From positions 1 through 43,445 of IMG/VR virus record IMGVR_UViG_3300020045_000439: 43,445 nt of DNA; one strand, 5' to 3'. Each line of letters begins with the position of its first letter. Position 1 is the stretch's first letter. Of this stretch, positions 10,180 through 19,519 are shown piece after piece. The DNA is from a virus (taxonomy: Duplodnaviria; Caudoviricetes). The position numbers were made by a program, and so were the translations under genes. The notes below the pieces were generated by a model. The model made no database searches, was not told where the DNA came from, and worked only from the letters and a program-made list of their open reading frames with translations.

Positions 10180-11271
10180 ATGACGAATCCATCAGTAAAA
10201 TCAGGAATTACACAAGAAGTAAACCTAGCCTTCGCGCTATGGGTGTCCCCCGACACAGATGGCGGATCAGGCGCTTGGGATGCAAAGAACTCAGTTTTTT
10301 ATCCGAAATTCGGAACGCTAAATTCTACAACCCTAGGCACATCTGGGAAAAACGGTCTTGCGTCTACCGCGTCTAATTGCGGTATTGCGGTGGGAGGAGT
10401 GAATAACCATACCGGCACGCCATTTGATTTTGTCGACACTACTTGGACGATACTCACCCTATTGCGGCCCATATCGACTGGAAGTCCTGTTATATTTCAG
10501 AATCAGGATGCATGGTCCCCTAATTATGGTTATCAAATTACACATGGTGGTACATTTGTAGACGCCGCGTTTAGAGGGGACTCAGCTAGAATACTAGCCG
10601 CGTCATCCTCTGGGGTGAGTGTATTAAATCAAGTATTAACGTTAGCAACAGTGTGTGATGCGTCAAGTTTGAAGATATTGAAAAATGGAACGCAAGTAGC
10701 GACTACTAGCCATACTCAAACGTTGGTTGACTACACAGGCACAGCGATACGCATAGCCGGATTATTTAATACGGCGGCAGCGAAAGGGTCTAGCGCTGTG
10801 CCTGTTGAAATATTTGCTATTCTCGGTTGGAATGTTGCATTGACACCTGCTGAGATTCAGAGTTTTGGAACAACAGAGGCAGGTTTTTTGGCTGGAGATT
10901 TCTACTCAACGGCGTTTGAGTTTGGTGGGGGGAGTACTACATATTCTTTAACATTAGATGCAGGTAGTTATGCTATAACAGGGCAATCCATCTTATCCAA
11001 CAAGACCCTCTCACTGAGATTAGATTCCGGTGTATATAATATAACTGGACAAGATGTTCCTTTATTACAAGAAGGATCCTACAGACTTACATTAGATGCT
11101 GGTATATATAATATAACAGGGCAAGATCCTAATGTTGGGTTAAGTATGTTACTAGGAGCTGGTACTTATTCTATGTTTGGATCTAATATTCGATTGACCT
11201 CCTCCCAAGAACCTGTACTTATATCTAAGAGCCAGTCAACAATCTCTATTTCAATTAGAATGGGATTGTAA
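10180..11271 (+). CDS. Fibre protein with LamG/ConA-like domain and C-terminal repeats
   Basis: LKILKNGTQV and ILGWNVALTPAEI are LamG-like; four LDxGxYxITGQ-type repeats. Confidence 0.6.
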   Translation: MTNPSVKSGITQEVNLAFALWVSPDTDGGSGAWDAKNSVFYPKFGTLNSTTLGTSGKNGLASTASNCGIAVGGVNNHTGTPFDFVDTTWTILTLLRPISTGSPVIFQNQDAWSPNYGYQITHGGTFVDAAFRGDSARILAASSSGVSVLNQVLTLATVCDASSLKILKNGTQVATTSHTQTLVDYTGTAIRIAGLFNTAAAKGSSAVPVEIFAILGWNVALTPAEIQSFGTTEAGFLAGDFYSTAFEFGGGSTTYSLTLDAGSYAITGQSILSNKTLSLRLDSGVYNITGQDVPLLQEGSYRLTLDAGIYNITGQDPNVGLSMLLGAGTYSMFGSNIRLTSSQEPVLISKSQSTISISIRMGL

Positions 11272-11558
11272 TGAATTATTATAAATCTGGATCATTTAAT
11301 ATTACGTGTGATAGATGTAGTAAAAAAGTTAAGGCAGGGGATGTAAAACAAGAATGGACTGGATTTATTGTATGCCATTCTTGTTTTGAAATGCGGCATC
11401 CACAAGACTTTGTGCGAGCTAGACAAGATAAGATTAGCATCCCATTCTCTAGGCCAATCCCAACCTTAGTCTTTACATCCACACAATATGATTTATATGT
11501 AGATGATAACTACTATGTGAATCCAGTAAATCAACAGTATATACAGGAAATAATTTAA
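11271..11558 (+). CDS. Zn-finger structural-module protein
   Basis: CDRC...CHSCFEMRHPQDFVR. Confidence 0.75.
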   Translation: MNYYKSGSFNITCDRCSKKVKAGDVKQEWTGFIVCHSCFEMRHPQDFVRARQDKISIPFSRPIPTLVFTSTQYDLYVDDNYYVNPVNQQYIQEII

Positions 11559-12398
11559 ATGACTACAATTGTAACAAGAATTGGGAAAGGGAGTGCCCTC
11601 ACATATGCTGAAATGGATGCTAACTTTACCAACCTTAATAATGATAAACTAGAGAATAACCCACAGGCAAGTGCTATTGTAAATACTCCCTCTGGTTCTA
11701 TCTCTGCTATTAATGTTCAAGCTGCTATTAATGAACTTGCCACAGAGAAGGAACCAGCAGATGCTACTATATTAAAGTCTGCTGCTATTGGTGTAACTGT
11801 ACAGGGGTATGATGTAGATATCCCCACAGTGGCAGCATCTCAATTAGAAATGGAAGCAGGAACAGAGGCTAATCTCCGATCGATGTCTCCGTTACGGGTG
11901 AAACAAGCTATTACGTCTCTGGCCCCATCAAGCACTAAGCTAGCCGGGGACACTGTGCAAGTGATCGAGGCTACTCCGGTCACCGCTACAGATAGTACCT
12001 CGGTGCTTATCCCGATGGACAGTACCATCCCGCAAAGTGGCGAAGGCAAGCAAATCACGTCAGTGACCATAACGCCGACATCCGCGACTAATAGACTGCT
12101 GGTCACGGTCGAGTTGCCGCTAGTTAGCGCCAGCACCTTAGCTTTTTTCTGTGCAGCTATGTTTCAAGACTCAGGGGCAAATGCTATTGCGTGCGGTTAC
12201 GCAACGGTGCGTGACTCTGATGATATGCATACGATTACTTTCAGCTATGAGGCCGTAGCTGGGGGAGTTTCAGCAACGACATTTAAGGTTAGGTTTGGTG
12301 TGCATACGGGTACGGCCTACATCAACCAGCGTGGATCGGGGGGGACATCTGGTGGGATATCTGCTGTTCGTCTGCGCGTACAGGAGATTAAAGTATGA
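11559..12398 (+). CDS. Tail fibre protein
   Basis: N-terminal anchor TIVTRIGKGSALTYAEMDANFTNLN; C-terminal beta domain ending in QEIKV. Confidence 0.65.
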   Translation: MTTIVTRIGKGSALTYAEMDANFTNLNNDKLENNPQASAIVNTPSGSISAINVQAAINELATEKEPADATILKSAAIGVTVQGYDVDIPTVAASQLEMEAGTEANLRSMSPLRVKQAITSLAPSSTKLAGDTVQVIEATPVTATDSTSVLIPMDSTIPQSGEGKQITSVTITPTSATNRLLVTVELPLVSASTLAFFCAAMFQDSGANAIACGYATVRDSDDMHTITFSYEAVAGGVSATTFKVRFGVHTGTAYINQRGSGGTSGGISAVRLRVQEIKV

Positions 12399-13435
12399 AT
12401 CTAATTGCCATTGGTGATAGTGTTACAGCGCCTACAAGGACGAATGCATGGGTTGCTGGGCAGGGATGGGCAGCACTGGTCGCTACGCGCTTTGGCCTGA
12501 CCGAGGTCAATCTAGGAATATCTGGATCAACAACTACACAGCAAGGAGCACAATGGGCAGCAGCGATGGTAATGGATCCTGAAAATTCTATTATTATTGC
12601 TATGCCGGGAGAGAATGATATTCCAACAACTCCTATATCCACATTCAAGGCCCAATTAGATGCTCAGGTTGGGTCGGCAGTAATTGCTGGATTCCCTGTC
12701 ATTCTACACACAGTCTGTCTGTATCCTAATACAGATTATTATAATGCTGCTCCGGGGTATCTACAAGCCACCCGAGATATTGCAGCTAAATATCGTATAC
12801 CATGTGTAGATGTGTTTGCAGCCTTCTCTGAATTCGCCTTAACTAGAACAGATTTCTCTACATTAATTCATCCAGATGGTCATCCAACTATTATCGGAAT
12901 GCGAGAAATTGCAAATCTATATGAACGTCATCCATACAAAAGATTGTTAACAGGTGTAGTAACCGCTCCTATTGTGTATCCACCCACTATTCCTATTTCA
13001 GTAAATGCTATTCCAGTAATGACTGGTCCAATAACAAATGGGGTGTGTATGGATGGTAATGATTATGTGGCAGGACTTACTTGGAGACTTTCAAATGGAT
13101 CTCCTAGTGATTGCACTCAGTGGAATCATGGTGGGGCAGGTTGGGCTACGGTGGAATTTCCAATGCCATTTGTTGCATCAGCATACTCAATGCAGTCACG
13201 TGTAGAAACAGGGGGTCAAGTATATGCTCCGAAGTCGTGGACATTCGAGGGTCTTAATTCCGCCGGAGGCTGGGATATACTAGATTCACGTCAAAACATG
13301 GCTGGTTGGGGCATTGGTGAAACGCGTAAGTATGCGCTATCAAGTCTGACTAGCCACACGAAATTTCGTATTAATGTCACAGCAAGTCAAAGTGGATCCT
13401 ATTTACAATGGCGGAACCTTCAGATATATAATTAA
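12395..13435 (+). CDS. SGNH/GDSL esterase with C-terminal discoidin (F5/8-like) domain
   Basis: Block I IGDSVT, block II GISGSTT, block III GEND, block V DGHP; PKSWTFEG...WDILD...FRINVT. Confidence 0.8.
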   Translation: MNLIAIGDSVTAPTRTNAWVAGQGWAALVATRFGLTEVNLGISGSTTTQQGAQWAAAMVMDPENSIIIAMPGENDIPTTPISTFKAQLDAQVGSAVIAGFPVILHTVCLYPNTDYYNAAPGYLQATRDIAAKYRIPCVDVFAAFSEFALTRTDFSTLIHPDGHPTIIGMREIANLYERHPYKRLLTGVVTAPIVYPPTIPISVNAIPVMTGPITNGVCMDGNDYVAGLTWRLSNGSPSDCTQWNHGGAGWATVEFPMPFVASAYSMQSRVETGGQVYAPKSWTFEGLNSAGGWDILDSRQNMAGWGIGETRKYALSSLTSHTKFRINVTASQSGSYLQWRNLQIYN

Positions 13436-13456
13436 TAATATAGAATAGGATTAGGG

Positions 13457-13693
13457 ATGAATGAACCAGAAATCAGGAGACAGGTAGATGATCTGCTAGA
13501 ACAGCATATGCGAGAAGAAGATGCTAGATTTGAAGGGTTACTATCAGATATAAAAGAATTAAAGCAGGATATTAAAGATTTAACGGCAGCATGGCAACAG
13601 GCAAAGGGTGTCTTATCTTTTGTTAAATGGATATTAGGTATTGCAGGAGGACTCACAGTCTTCTTCACATTCATGAAAGATCATTGGAAATAA
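13457..13693 (+). CDS. Small coiled-coil/transmembrane protein, possible holin
   Basis: Coiled coil followed by a single hydrophobic segment (VLSFVKWILGIAGGLTVFF). Confidence 0.5.
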   Translation: MNEPEIRRQVDDLLEQHMREEDARFEGLLSDIKELKQDIKDLTAAWQQAKGVLSFVKWILGIAGGLTVFFTFMKDHWK

Positions 13694-13694
13694 T

Positions 13695-14411
13695 ATGGGA
13701 ACTAGCGGAACAACTAACTTCTCTGTATCAAGAGATGATTTAATTAAAGGTGCTCTACGGAAGATAGGAGTTGTTCCTCAAGGGGAAACTCCCACTGCGG
13801 ATCAGATTACTGAGGGTGCCTTTGCCTTAAACTTAATGGTCAAGGCATGGGAAGCCGATGGGATGCCATTATGGGCTATTCGTACTACATCTATTCCATT
13901 AACAGCAGCAGTTAATACATATAGTATAGGTATTGGTAAAACAGTTAATACTGATAAACCACTTAAGGTTCTTCGAGCATGGAATAGGGATAGTACCTCG
14001 AATGTAGATATTCCTATGCGTATCCTTACTAAACAAGAGTATGATATCCTAGGTAATAAAACTTCAGCCGGAAATCCCATTCAATTATATTATGAACCTC
14101 AATTGAATAGCGGTGAATTGAAGGTATTCCCCACTCCATCTAGTACAGATGTTACTAATAACACTGTGTATATCGTGTACCAACGACCGTTTGAAGATTT
14201 TGATGCCTCTACTGATGAACCAGATTTCCCACAAGAATGGTATGATGCGGTGCTGTACGGATTAGCCGTTAGGCTAGCCCCTGAGTATGGTGTCCCTATA
14301 GATCAAAGACAAGTCTTAGGAAGAGAAGCTGCTGATATTAAATTGGCTGTACTATCGTTTGGGACTGAGGAAGGTTCGCTTTACTTTGGGGTCGAGAAGA
14401 GAGGTTATTAA
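13695..14411 (+). CDS. Head-tail adaptor (P22 gp4/T7 gp11-like)
   Basis: LIKGALRKIG, LNLMVKAW, DFPQEW, LAVRLAPEYG. Confidence 0.8.
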   Translation: MGTSGTTNFSVSRDDLIKGALRKIGVVPQGETPTADQITEGAFALNLMVKAWEADGMPLWAIRTTSIPLTAAVNTYSIGIGKTVNTDKPLKVLRAWNRDSTSNVDIPMRILTKQEYDILGNKTSAGNPIQLYYEPQLNSGELKVFPTPSSTDVTNNTVYIVYQRPFEDFDASTDEPDFPQEWYDAVLYGLAVRLAPEYGVPIDQRQVLGREAADIKLAVLSFGTEEGSLYFGVEKRGY

Positions 14412-15340
14412 TGTTTGATACACCAACTCAATTAGAAGATGTAGCCAACAAAGTAGCCCAACAAAAGATTGGGGATCGTCGTCTTCGTAATGAAGAGATT
14501 CGTAGGGGAATGAATGAGGACTGGACTGCTCCCACACAAACTACTGGATCTCAGCCAAGCTCTCTACAAGATGTCTACAGTAATAATGGGAATAGTCCGA
14601 CAGAGGCTAGTACCTATAGTAGATTAAAGAATAATTTAGATTATATGGGATTTGGTGGATCTAATACTTCTTCTAATTCTCCTACAGAAAGTTATAATAC
14701 ATCTTTTAATAGTATTCCATCTTGGGGGGCACAAGCTGTTGGGATGGGTATGGGTCTCGGTGGATTAGGGAATGTGGCTGGAATAGGATCTGCTGCTACT
14801 AGTCTACTTCGCGGAGATACTAGTAAGGCTGCTGGATCTCTTGGGCAGTGGTTTGCAAATCAGACTCCTATAGGAAAACTACCGGGGGCTTCTGGTGCAA
14901 TTGGATCTACCCTACAAGGGATATTAGATGGTAGAGATGCCTCCTCAATGACTAAGAATGCTGCTTGGAATCTTGGTATGGGAGCAATAGGAAAAGCTGT
15001 TCCGGGATTTGGACTACTTAATACATTACTAGGGTTAGGTACAGCAGGATATGCGGAAGCGACAGGGACCAGTTATAATTGGAATCCTCTTCGTGGAATA
15101 GAATCTCTATTTAGTGATACTGATAGTCGAGGTCAAACTGGGGGTGGATTCTTTACATCACCTACACCTATGAGTGGTGAGGCAACGACTAATAATACAT
15201 ATAGTGGGTCTGGATATGGGAATACATATGGTCCGGGTAGTGGTGGATATACCCCGCCATCGGGTAGTTATATGAGTAGTGGCAATACATCTGGGTATAG
15301 TCCTTATGGTGGATCACAAAATACAAATAGTGGGGATTAG
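14411..15340 (+). CDS. Gly/Ser/Asn-rich low-complexity protein, possible internal virion protein
   Basis: Glycine-rich hydrophobic helices between disordered segments; coupled to neighbouring genes. Confidence 0.55.
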   Translation: MFDTPTQLEDVANKVAQQKIGDRRLRNEEIRRGMNEDWTAPTQTTGSQPSSLQDVYSNNGNSPTEASTYSRLKNNLDYMGFGGSNTSSNSPTESYNTSFNSIPSWGAQAVGMGMGLGGLGNVAGIGSAATSLLRGDTSKAAGSLGQWFANQTPIGKLPGASGAIGSTLQGILDGRDASSMTKNAAWNLGMGAIGKAVPGFGLLNTLLGLGTAGYAEATGTSYNWNPLRGIESLFSDTDSRGQTGGGFFTSPTPMSGEATTNNTYSGSGYGNTYGPGSGGYTPPSGSYMSSGNTSGYSPYGGSQNTNSGD

Positions 15341-15342
15341 TA

Positions 15343-16785
15343 ATGGCATCACAACAAAAAGAAACTAAGTATTCTTTACGAGATAAACGTCTCCCTCTAT
15401 TAGGATCATATACAAATAGAGATTCTTCTGGCAGTAAGGATCAAAGATTTATTAATATATTTCCTGAATCACGTAAGATAGAGGCGATTGAAAGTACAAG
15501 AATATTTCTAAACAAACGTCCCGGTCTTACTTTATATAAAACTATTTCTGCTGGGGCTGGTAGGGGTATCATCTGGTTCCGTAATAAATTCTACATTGCT
15601 ATTGGTAATAAGGTGTATGAAGATGGAGCAGTCCCTACAGCAGTTATAACATTGACAGCTTCTACAGGTAAGTTAGGAATGATTATAGCTAACTCATCTA
15701 TTATTGGGGATTATTTATTTATATGTGATGGGACTTCTGGGTGGGTCATAGATTCTACGGGTGCTGTTACTTTAATATCAGATGCCGACTTTCCTACACC
15801 ACATATACCTATCCCAACATTTATAGATGGTTATATAATTTTAGCTAAAACAAGTGATATATATAACTGTGTCTTAGATACACCAACATCTTGGAACTCA
15901 GGGGAATTTATATCTGCTGAGATGTTCCCAGATCATGTTGTAGCTCTTTGTAGGCAGAACAATCAGGTTGTAGCATTAGGTGAGAGTTCGATAGAATTTT
16001 TCTATGATGCTGCTAATGCTAGTGGTAGTCCATTAACTAGAAATGAATCTACTGCAATACAAATGGGATGTGCATTTCCTAATGCATTATATCAAAATGA
16101 ACAGACGTTTATGTATGTCGGGCAATCAGATTCAGGTGGGAGAGCCGTGTGGCAGGTCACAGGATTTCAACCTAAGAAAATATCAGATGAATTTATTGAT
16201 AGAATATTAGATGCAGAAACAGATCCTAACAACTGTATGGGATTTGGATTACGTACTATGGGTCACTTATTCTTCTTCTTATCTCTTCCTACATTGAATC
16301 GTACATTTGTATATGATGTAGAAGAGAAACTATGGCATGAGTGGTCTAGTAACGTTGCAGGTAGTCATTCAATATTTAATTGTAGTTATATGACTGACAA
16401 TCATTTAGGAGCAGCTTACTTATTACATAATACATCTGGTACTGTGTATAAATTAGATCCTACTATATATACAGATGACTCCACAGCAATCCTATGTGAA
16501 GTTGTAACGAATAAATATGATATGGATACATATAGACGTAAGTTTATGACATGTATCCTACCTGTTGCTGATAGGAGTGCTACTGGAAATTACCTCACAG
16601 TAAGATGGTCGGATGATGATTATCAAACATGGTCTGCTCCTAAGACTATCACATTGACAGATGATTTCCCTAGCTTTGCTAGACTGGGATCTTTTAGACG
16701 AAGGGCATTTGATATTAAACATGATCAACCATACGCGTTACGATTGGAATCATTACAGGTATTCTATTATGAGGGGGATCATTAA
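15343..16785 (+). CDS. Tail nozzle / packaged-DNA stabilisation protein (P22 gp10-like)
   Basis: KRPGL, FIDGY, SAEMFPD, YDVEEKLWHEW, WSDDDYQTWS, RLGSFRRR. Confidence 0.85.
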   Translation: MASQQKETKYSLRDKRLPLLGSYTNRDSSGSKDQRFINIFPESRKIEAIESTRIFLNKRPGLTLYKTISAGAGRGIIWFRNKFYIAIGNKVYEDGAVPTAVITLTASTGKLGMIIANSSIIGDYLFICDGTSGWVIDSTGAVTLISDADFPTPHIPIPTFIDGYIILAKTSDIYNCVLDTPTSWNSGEFISAEMFPDHVVALCRQNNQVVALGESSIEFFYDAANASGSPLTRNESTAIQMGCAFPNALYQNEQTFMYVGQSDSGGRAVWQVTGFQPKKISDEFIDRILDAETDPNNCMGFGLRTMGHLFFFLSLPTLNRTFVYDVEEKLWHEWSSNVAGSHSIFNCSYMTDNHLGAAYLLHNTSGTVYKLDPTIYTDDSTAILCEVVTNKYDMDTYRRKFMTCILPVADRSATGNYLTVRWSDDDYQTWSAPKTITLTDDFPSFARLGSFRRRAFDIKHDQPYALRLESLQVFYYEGDH

Positions 16786-17678
16786 TGGCTAGTGGTCTTC
16801 CTCCGCCCCCGGTAAATGATAAGCCGGGGAGCTTTACATGGATGGAGTGGTATAGACAACTACGTAATTATGTATCTACATCTGGTAGTGTTCCTTGGTA
16901 TATCATTAACTTCTCGGGTAGTAATATCACAGATATTGCAACTAGAAATCATAATCAATTACAATCCCTACAAGGTGGAATATCAAATGAGTTCTATCAT
17001 CTATCTAATGCAGATGCTACTAAGGTAAATACAAATTCATTTCCTAGTATTAAATTAGGTGATGTTGCAGGTGGAAATTATACAGATGTGGCTACAGATG
17101 GATATATCTCTTTTAAAGGTACATCAACTATATGGGATGATTTAAGAGTGGAACCTAATATTAAAGCGGCTGGTTCTAATGATCCAACATTCACAAAATG
17201 GTTTGATAATGGCGCTGGATCTCGTGGTGTCTTCTTATGGAACTTTACTGATGTAATTACTGCTAGTGAGAAGGAAGTATTCTTTTCTGTCCAACTACCA
17301 CATTCATGGAAAGGTACTGTTATATACCCACATGTGCATTGGATACCTAGTGTTGCTGGAGTATCTCAACGCCCAGTATTTGGTATGGAATATAATTGGG
17401 CAGATATTGGAAGTGCCTTGGGGAATACATCTATAATCTATACGAATAGTCTTGTTCCTAATGACACAAACTTAACACAGTATAAACATTATGTATCAGC
17501 ATTTCCGGGGATAACTCCGACAACATCTCAAGATGAAATTAGTTCTATCCTCATGTGTCGCTTATTTAGATACTCTGGAGATGCTAGTGACACATATACA
17601 GGTACATGTGGGTTATTATATACAGACTTTCACTATGAGATGGATAGTCTTGGTTCACATACAGATTTTACAAAGTAA
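16785..17678 (+). CDS. Tail needle or short fibre protein
   Basis: LPPPP...WMEWYRQL N-terminus; WDDLRV...QLPHSW...PHVHW C-terminal domain. Confidence 0.6.
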   Translation: MASGLPPPPVNDKPGSFTWMEWYRQLRNYVSTSGSVPWYIINFSGSNITDIATRNHNQLQSLQGGISNEFYHLSNADATKVNTNSFPSIKLGDVAGGNYTDVATDGYISFKGTSTIWDDLRVEPNIKAAGSNDPTFTKWFDNGAGSRGVFLWNFTDVITASEKEVFFSVQLPHSWKGTVIYPHVHWIPSVAGVSQRPVFGMEYNWADIGSALGNTSIIYTNSLVPNDTNLTQYKHYVSAFPGITPTTSQDEISSILMCRLFRYSGDASDTYTGTCGLLYTDFHYEMDSLGSHTDFTK

Positions 17679-17707
17679 TAGACATTATACCTATTTTGTG
17701 GTATAAT
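17679..17707 (+). promoter_or_regulatory. Sigma70-type promoter with extended -10
   Basis: TAGACA-17 nt-TATAAT with TGn before the -10; AAGGAG RBS downstream. Confidence 0.8.
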
Positions 17708-17726
17708 ACAATAAAGGAGAAAGACT

Positions 17727-18509
17727 ATGGCATGGTGGGACTATGAAGATGGTGGTGATCAGTCGATTTCATTACCGACAGATAATGGTGATGTAGGGAA
17801 TGTAAATCAAGGCGACTGGATGTATCAAGATACTCCGGGAGATTATACTGGTTATACCCCCGGATATACTAATCCTAATTTAGATACTGGTACTAATAAT
17901 ACACAGCCTGATTATGGAGATCAGAATTACTATGGTGGTATTAATACGGGTGGAGTACAGACTGATACTGGACCCTCATGGAATGCCCCAAATGCAGGTG
18001 GAATTCAGAATGCGTTGGCTAGTATCTTTAATGGTGGTGCTTCTAATCCATTAGTAGGTAAAGGGCTGGCGGCTGTACTAGAGGGATATCAGAATAAGAA
18101 GAAGGCATCAGCGATGCAAGCAAATGCATCTCAGATTGATCCGTGGGGTAGTCAGCGTGGGTTCTATCAGCAACAGGCACAGAATGCTGTTACTAATCCT
18201 TACTCAAGTCCTATAGTATCTGCACAAATTACTCAATTACAAAATGCACAGAATATTAAGGACGCTGCTGCTGGTAGACGTAGCAATCAGTTAACCTCCA
18301 GCCCGGCTGTTATGGCAGAGATGGCTAAGATTGCACAGCAATATCAACAACAGATGGCTATGCAAGGTGGTGCTAATATTAATCCATCTGGATTATCTAG
18401 TACATTAAACAGCGGCTCTCAAGCAGATGTTAATGGTTATATATCTCCGTTGCTTGCAGCACTTGGATGGAATAATCAATCCAATCAAAATCAACAGGTA
18501 CGTCAATAA
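17727..18509 (+). CDS. Ejection/internal virion protein 1
   Basis: Q/N/G-rich low-complexity sequence; position after the tail genes. Confidence 0.65.
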   Translation: MAWWDYEDGGDQSISLPTDNGDVGNVNQGDWMYQDTPGDYTGYTPGYTNPNLDTGTNNTQPDYGDQNYYGGINTGGVQTDTGPSWNAPNAGGIQNALASIFNGGASNPLVGKGLAAVLEGYQNKKKASAMQANASQIDPWGSQRGFYQQQAQNAVTNPYSSPIVSAQITQLQNAQNIKDAAAGRRSNQLTSSPAVMAEMAKIAQQYQQQMAMQGGANINPSGLSSTLNSGSQADVNGYISPLLAALGWNNQSNQNQQVRQ

Positions 18510-19510
18510 TGCAAACAATTGATACTGGGTATAAACCAGAATTCGGTTTAGGGGCATACTTCGCAGGACAGAATGCAGCTAATGCGGAAGATCTTAATCA
18601 GGAGGAGTTGATTAAAGCATTCATTGCTAATCAACAATCTAGACAGAACCTAGATCAATCTAGTCAGATGAACCCATTGTTAGTTGCAGAACAACGTAAC
18701 AAGAATACTATTGGTGATTATGACGCAGCATTAGCAACTGAAAAGAATCTTAGTCCTACATACAAGAAGATGCTTCTTAGTGGTACTGAAGGTCAGATGC
18801 AATCTCAAATTAATGCCGCTGAGAAAGGGAGTGCTTTGCTTCCTTTTCAAGTGGCTGCTGAGAAGAGTGGTGCTGAGACTGAGAAGAATAAACAAGGTGT
18901 TCTATGGACTATGCAGAATATTGACAGTCAATTAGCTCAGGGTGGTGGTACAGATGCCTCTGGTAATGTTGTTCCTTTCACTCCTATGCAGAAAATGTTT
19001 ATGGAGAATAAGCGTGCAGAACTTACCAAGCAACTAGAGACTACACCTGAGTGGAGTGGTAAGCGAGATCTACAAGCAGAAGAATTAGCATCTAGAGAAC
19101 GAATTGCTGCAATGAACGCTGCGGCTGCTAACGAACGTGCTACTATAGCTGGGAATAAATCTCCTAAGTTGCCTACTACAGCAGAAGCGGCAATGACTCA
19201 ACAGATTATTGGTAATGAGTATATGGATGATAATGAAAAACATAAACTCCTACAAGAGATCTTCAATGCCAAGCAGATCAACAAGAATGCTACGGGTGAG
19301 GATATAGCTCTAATACAAGATCCTACTACAGGTAAGATTAAGCTCGCCCCTAGGGCTGTTAATGCCCCTGTTGCACAATCTATACCTGTGGCTTCTAAGA
19401 CACCAAGTGCTGTACCACAAACACAAGAAGCTTGGAATGCAGCATGGTCTGCTTTAGGTAAAGGTCAATCAATGACTGGTCTAGATGGAAAACAATATAC
19501 TAAAAAGTAA
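18509..19510 (+). CDS. Ejection/internal virion protein 2
   Basis: Q/A-rich helical 333 aa protein, coupled to the previous gene. Confidence 0.65.
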   Translation: MQTIDTGYKPEFGLGAYFAGQNAANAEDLNQEELIKAFIANQQSRQNLDQSSQMNPLLVAEQRNKNTIGDYDAALATEKNLSPTYKKMLLSGTEGQMQSQINAAEKGSALLPFQVAAEKSGAETEKNKQGVLWTMQNIDSQLAQGGGTDASGNVVPFTPMQKMFMENKRAELTKQLETTPEWSGKRDLQAEELASRERIAAMNAAAANERATIAGNKSPKLPTTAEAAMTQQIIGNEYMDDNEKHKLLQEIFNAKQINKNATGEDIALIQDPTTGKIKLAPRAVNAPVAQSIPVASKTPSAVPQTQEAWNAAWSALGKGQSMTGLDGKQYTKK

Positions 19511-19519
19511 GGATATTAT

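Noticed and set aside
8420-13435. Diversity-generating retroelement or invertase-based fibre switching
   Set aside because: No reverse transcriptase, invertase or template/variable repeat pair was seen.
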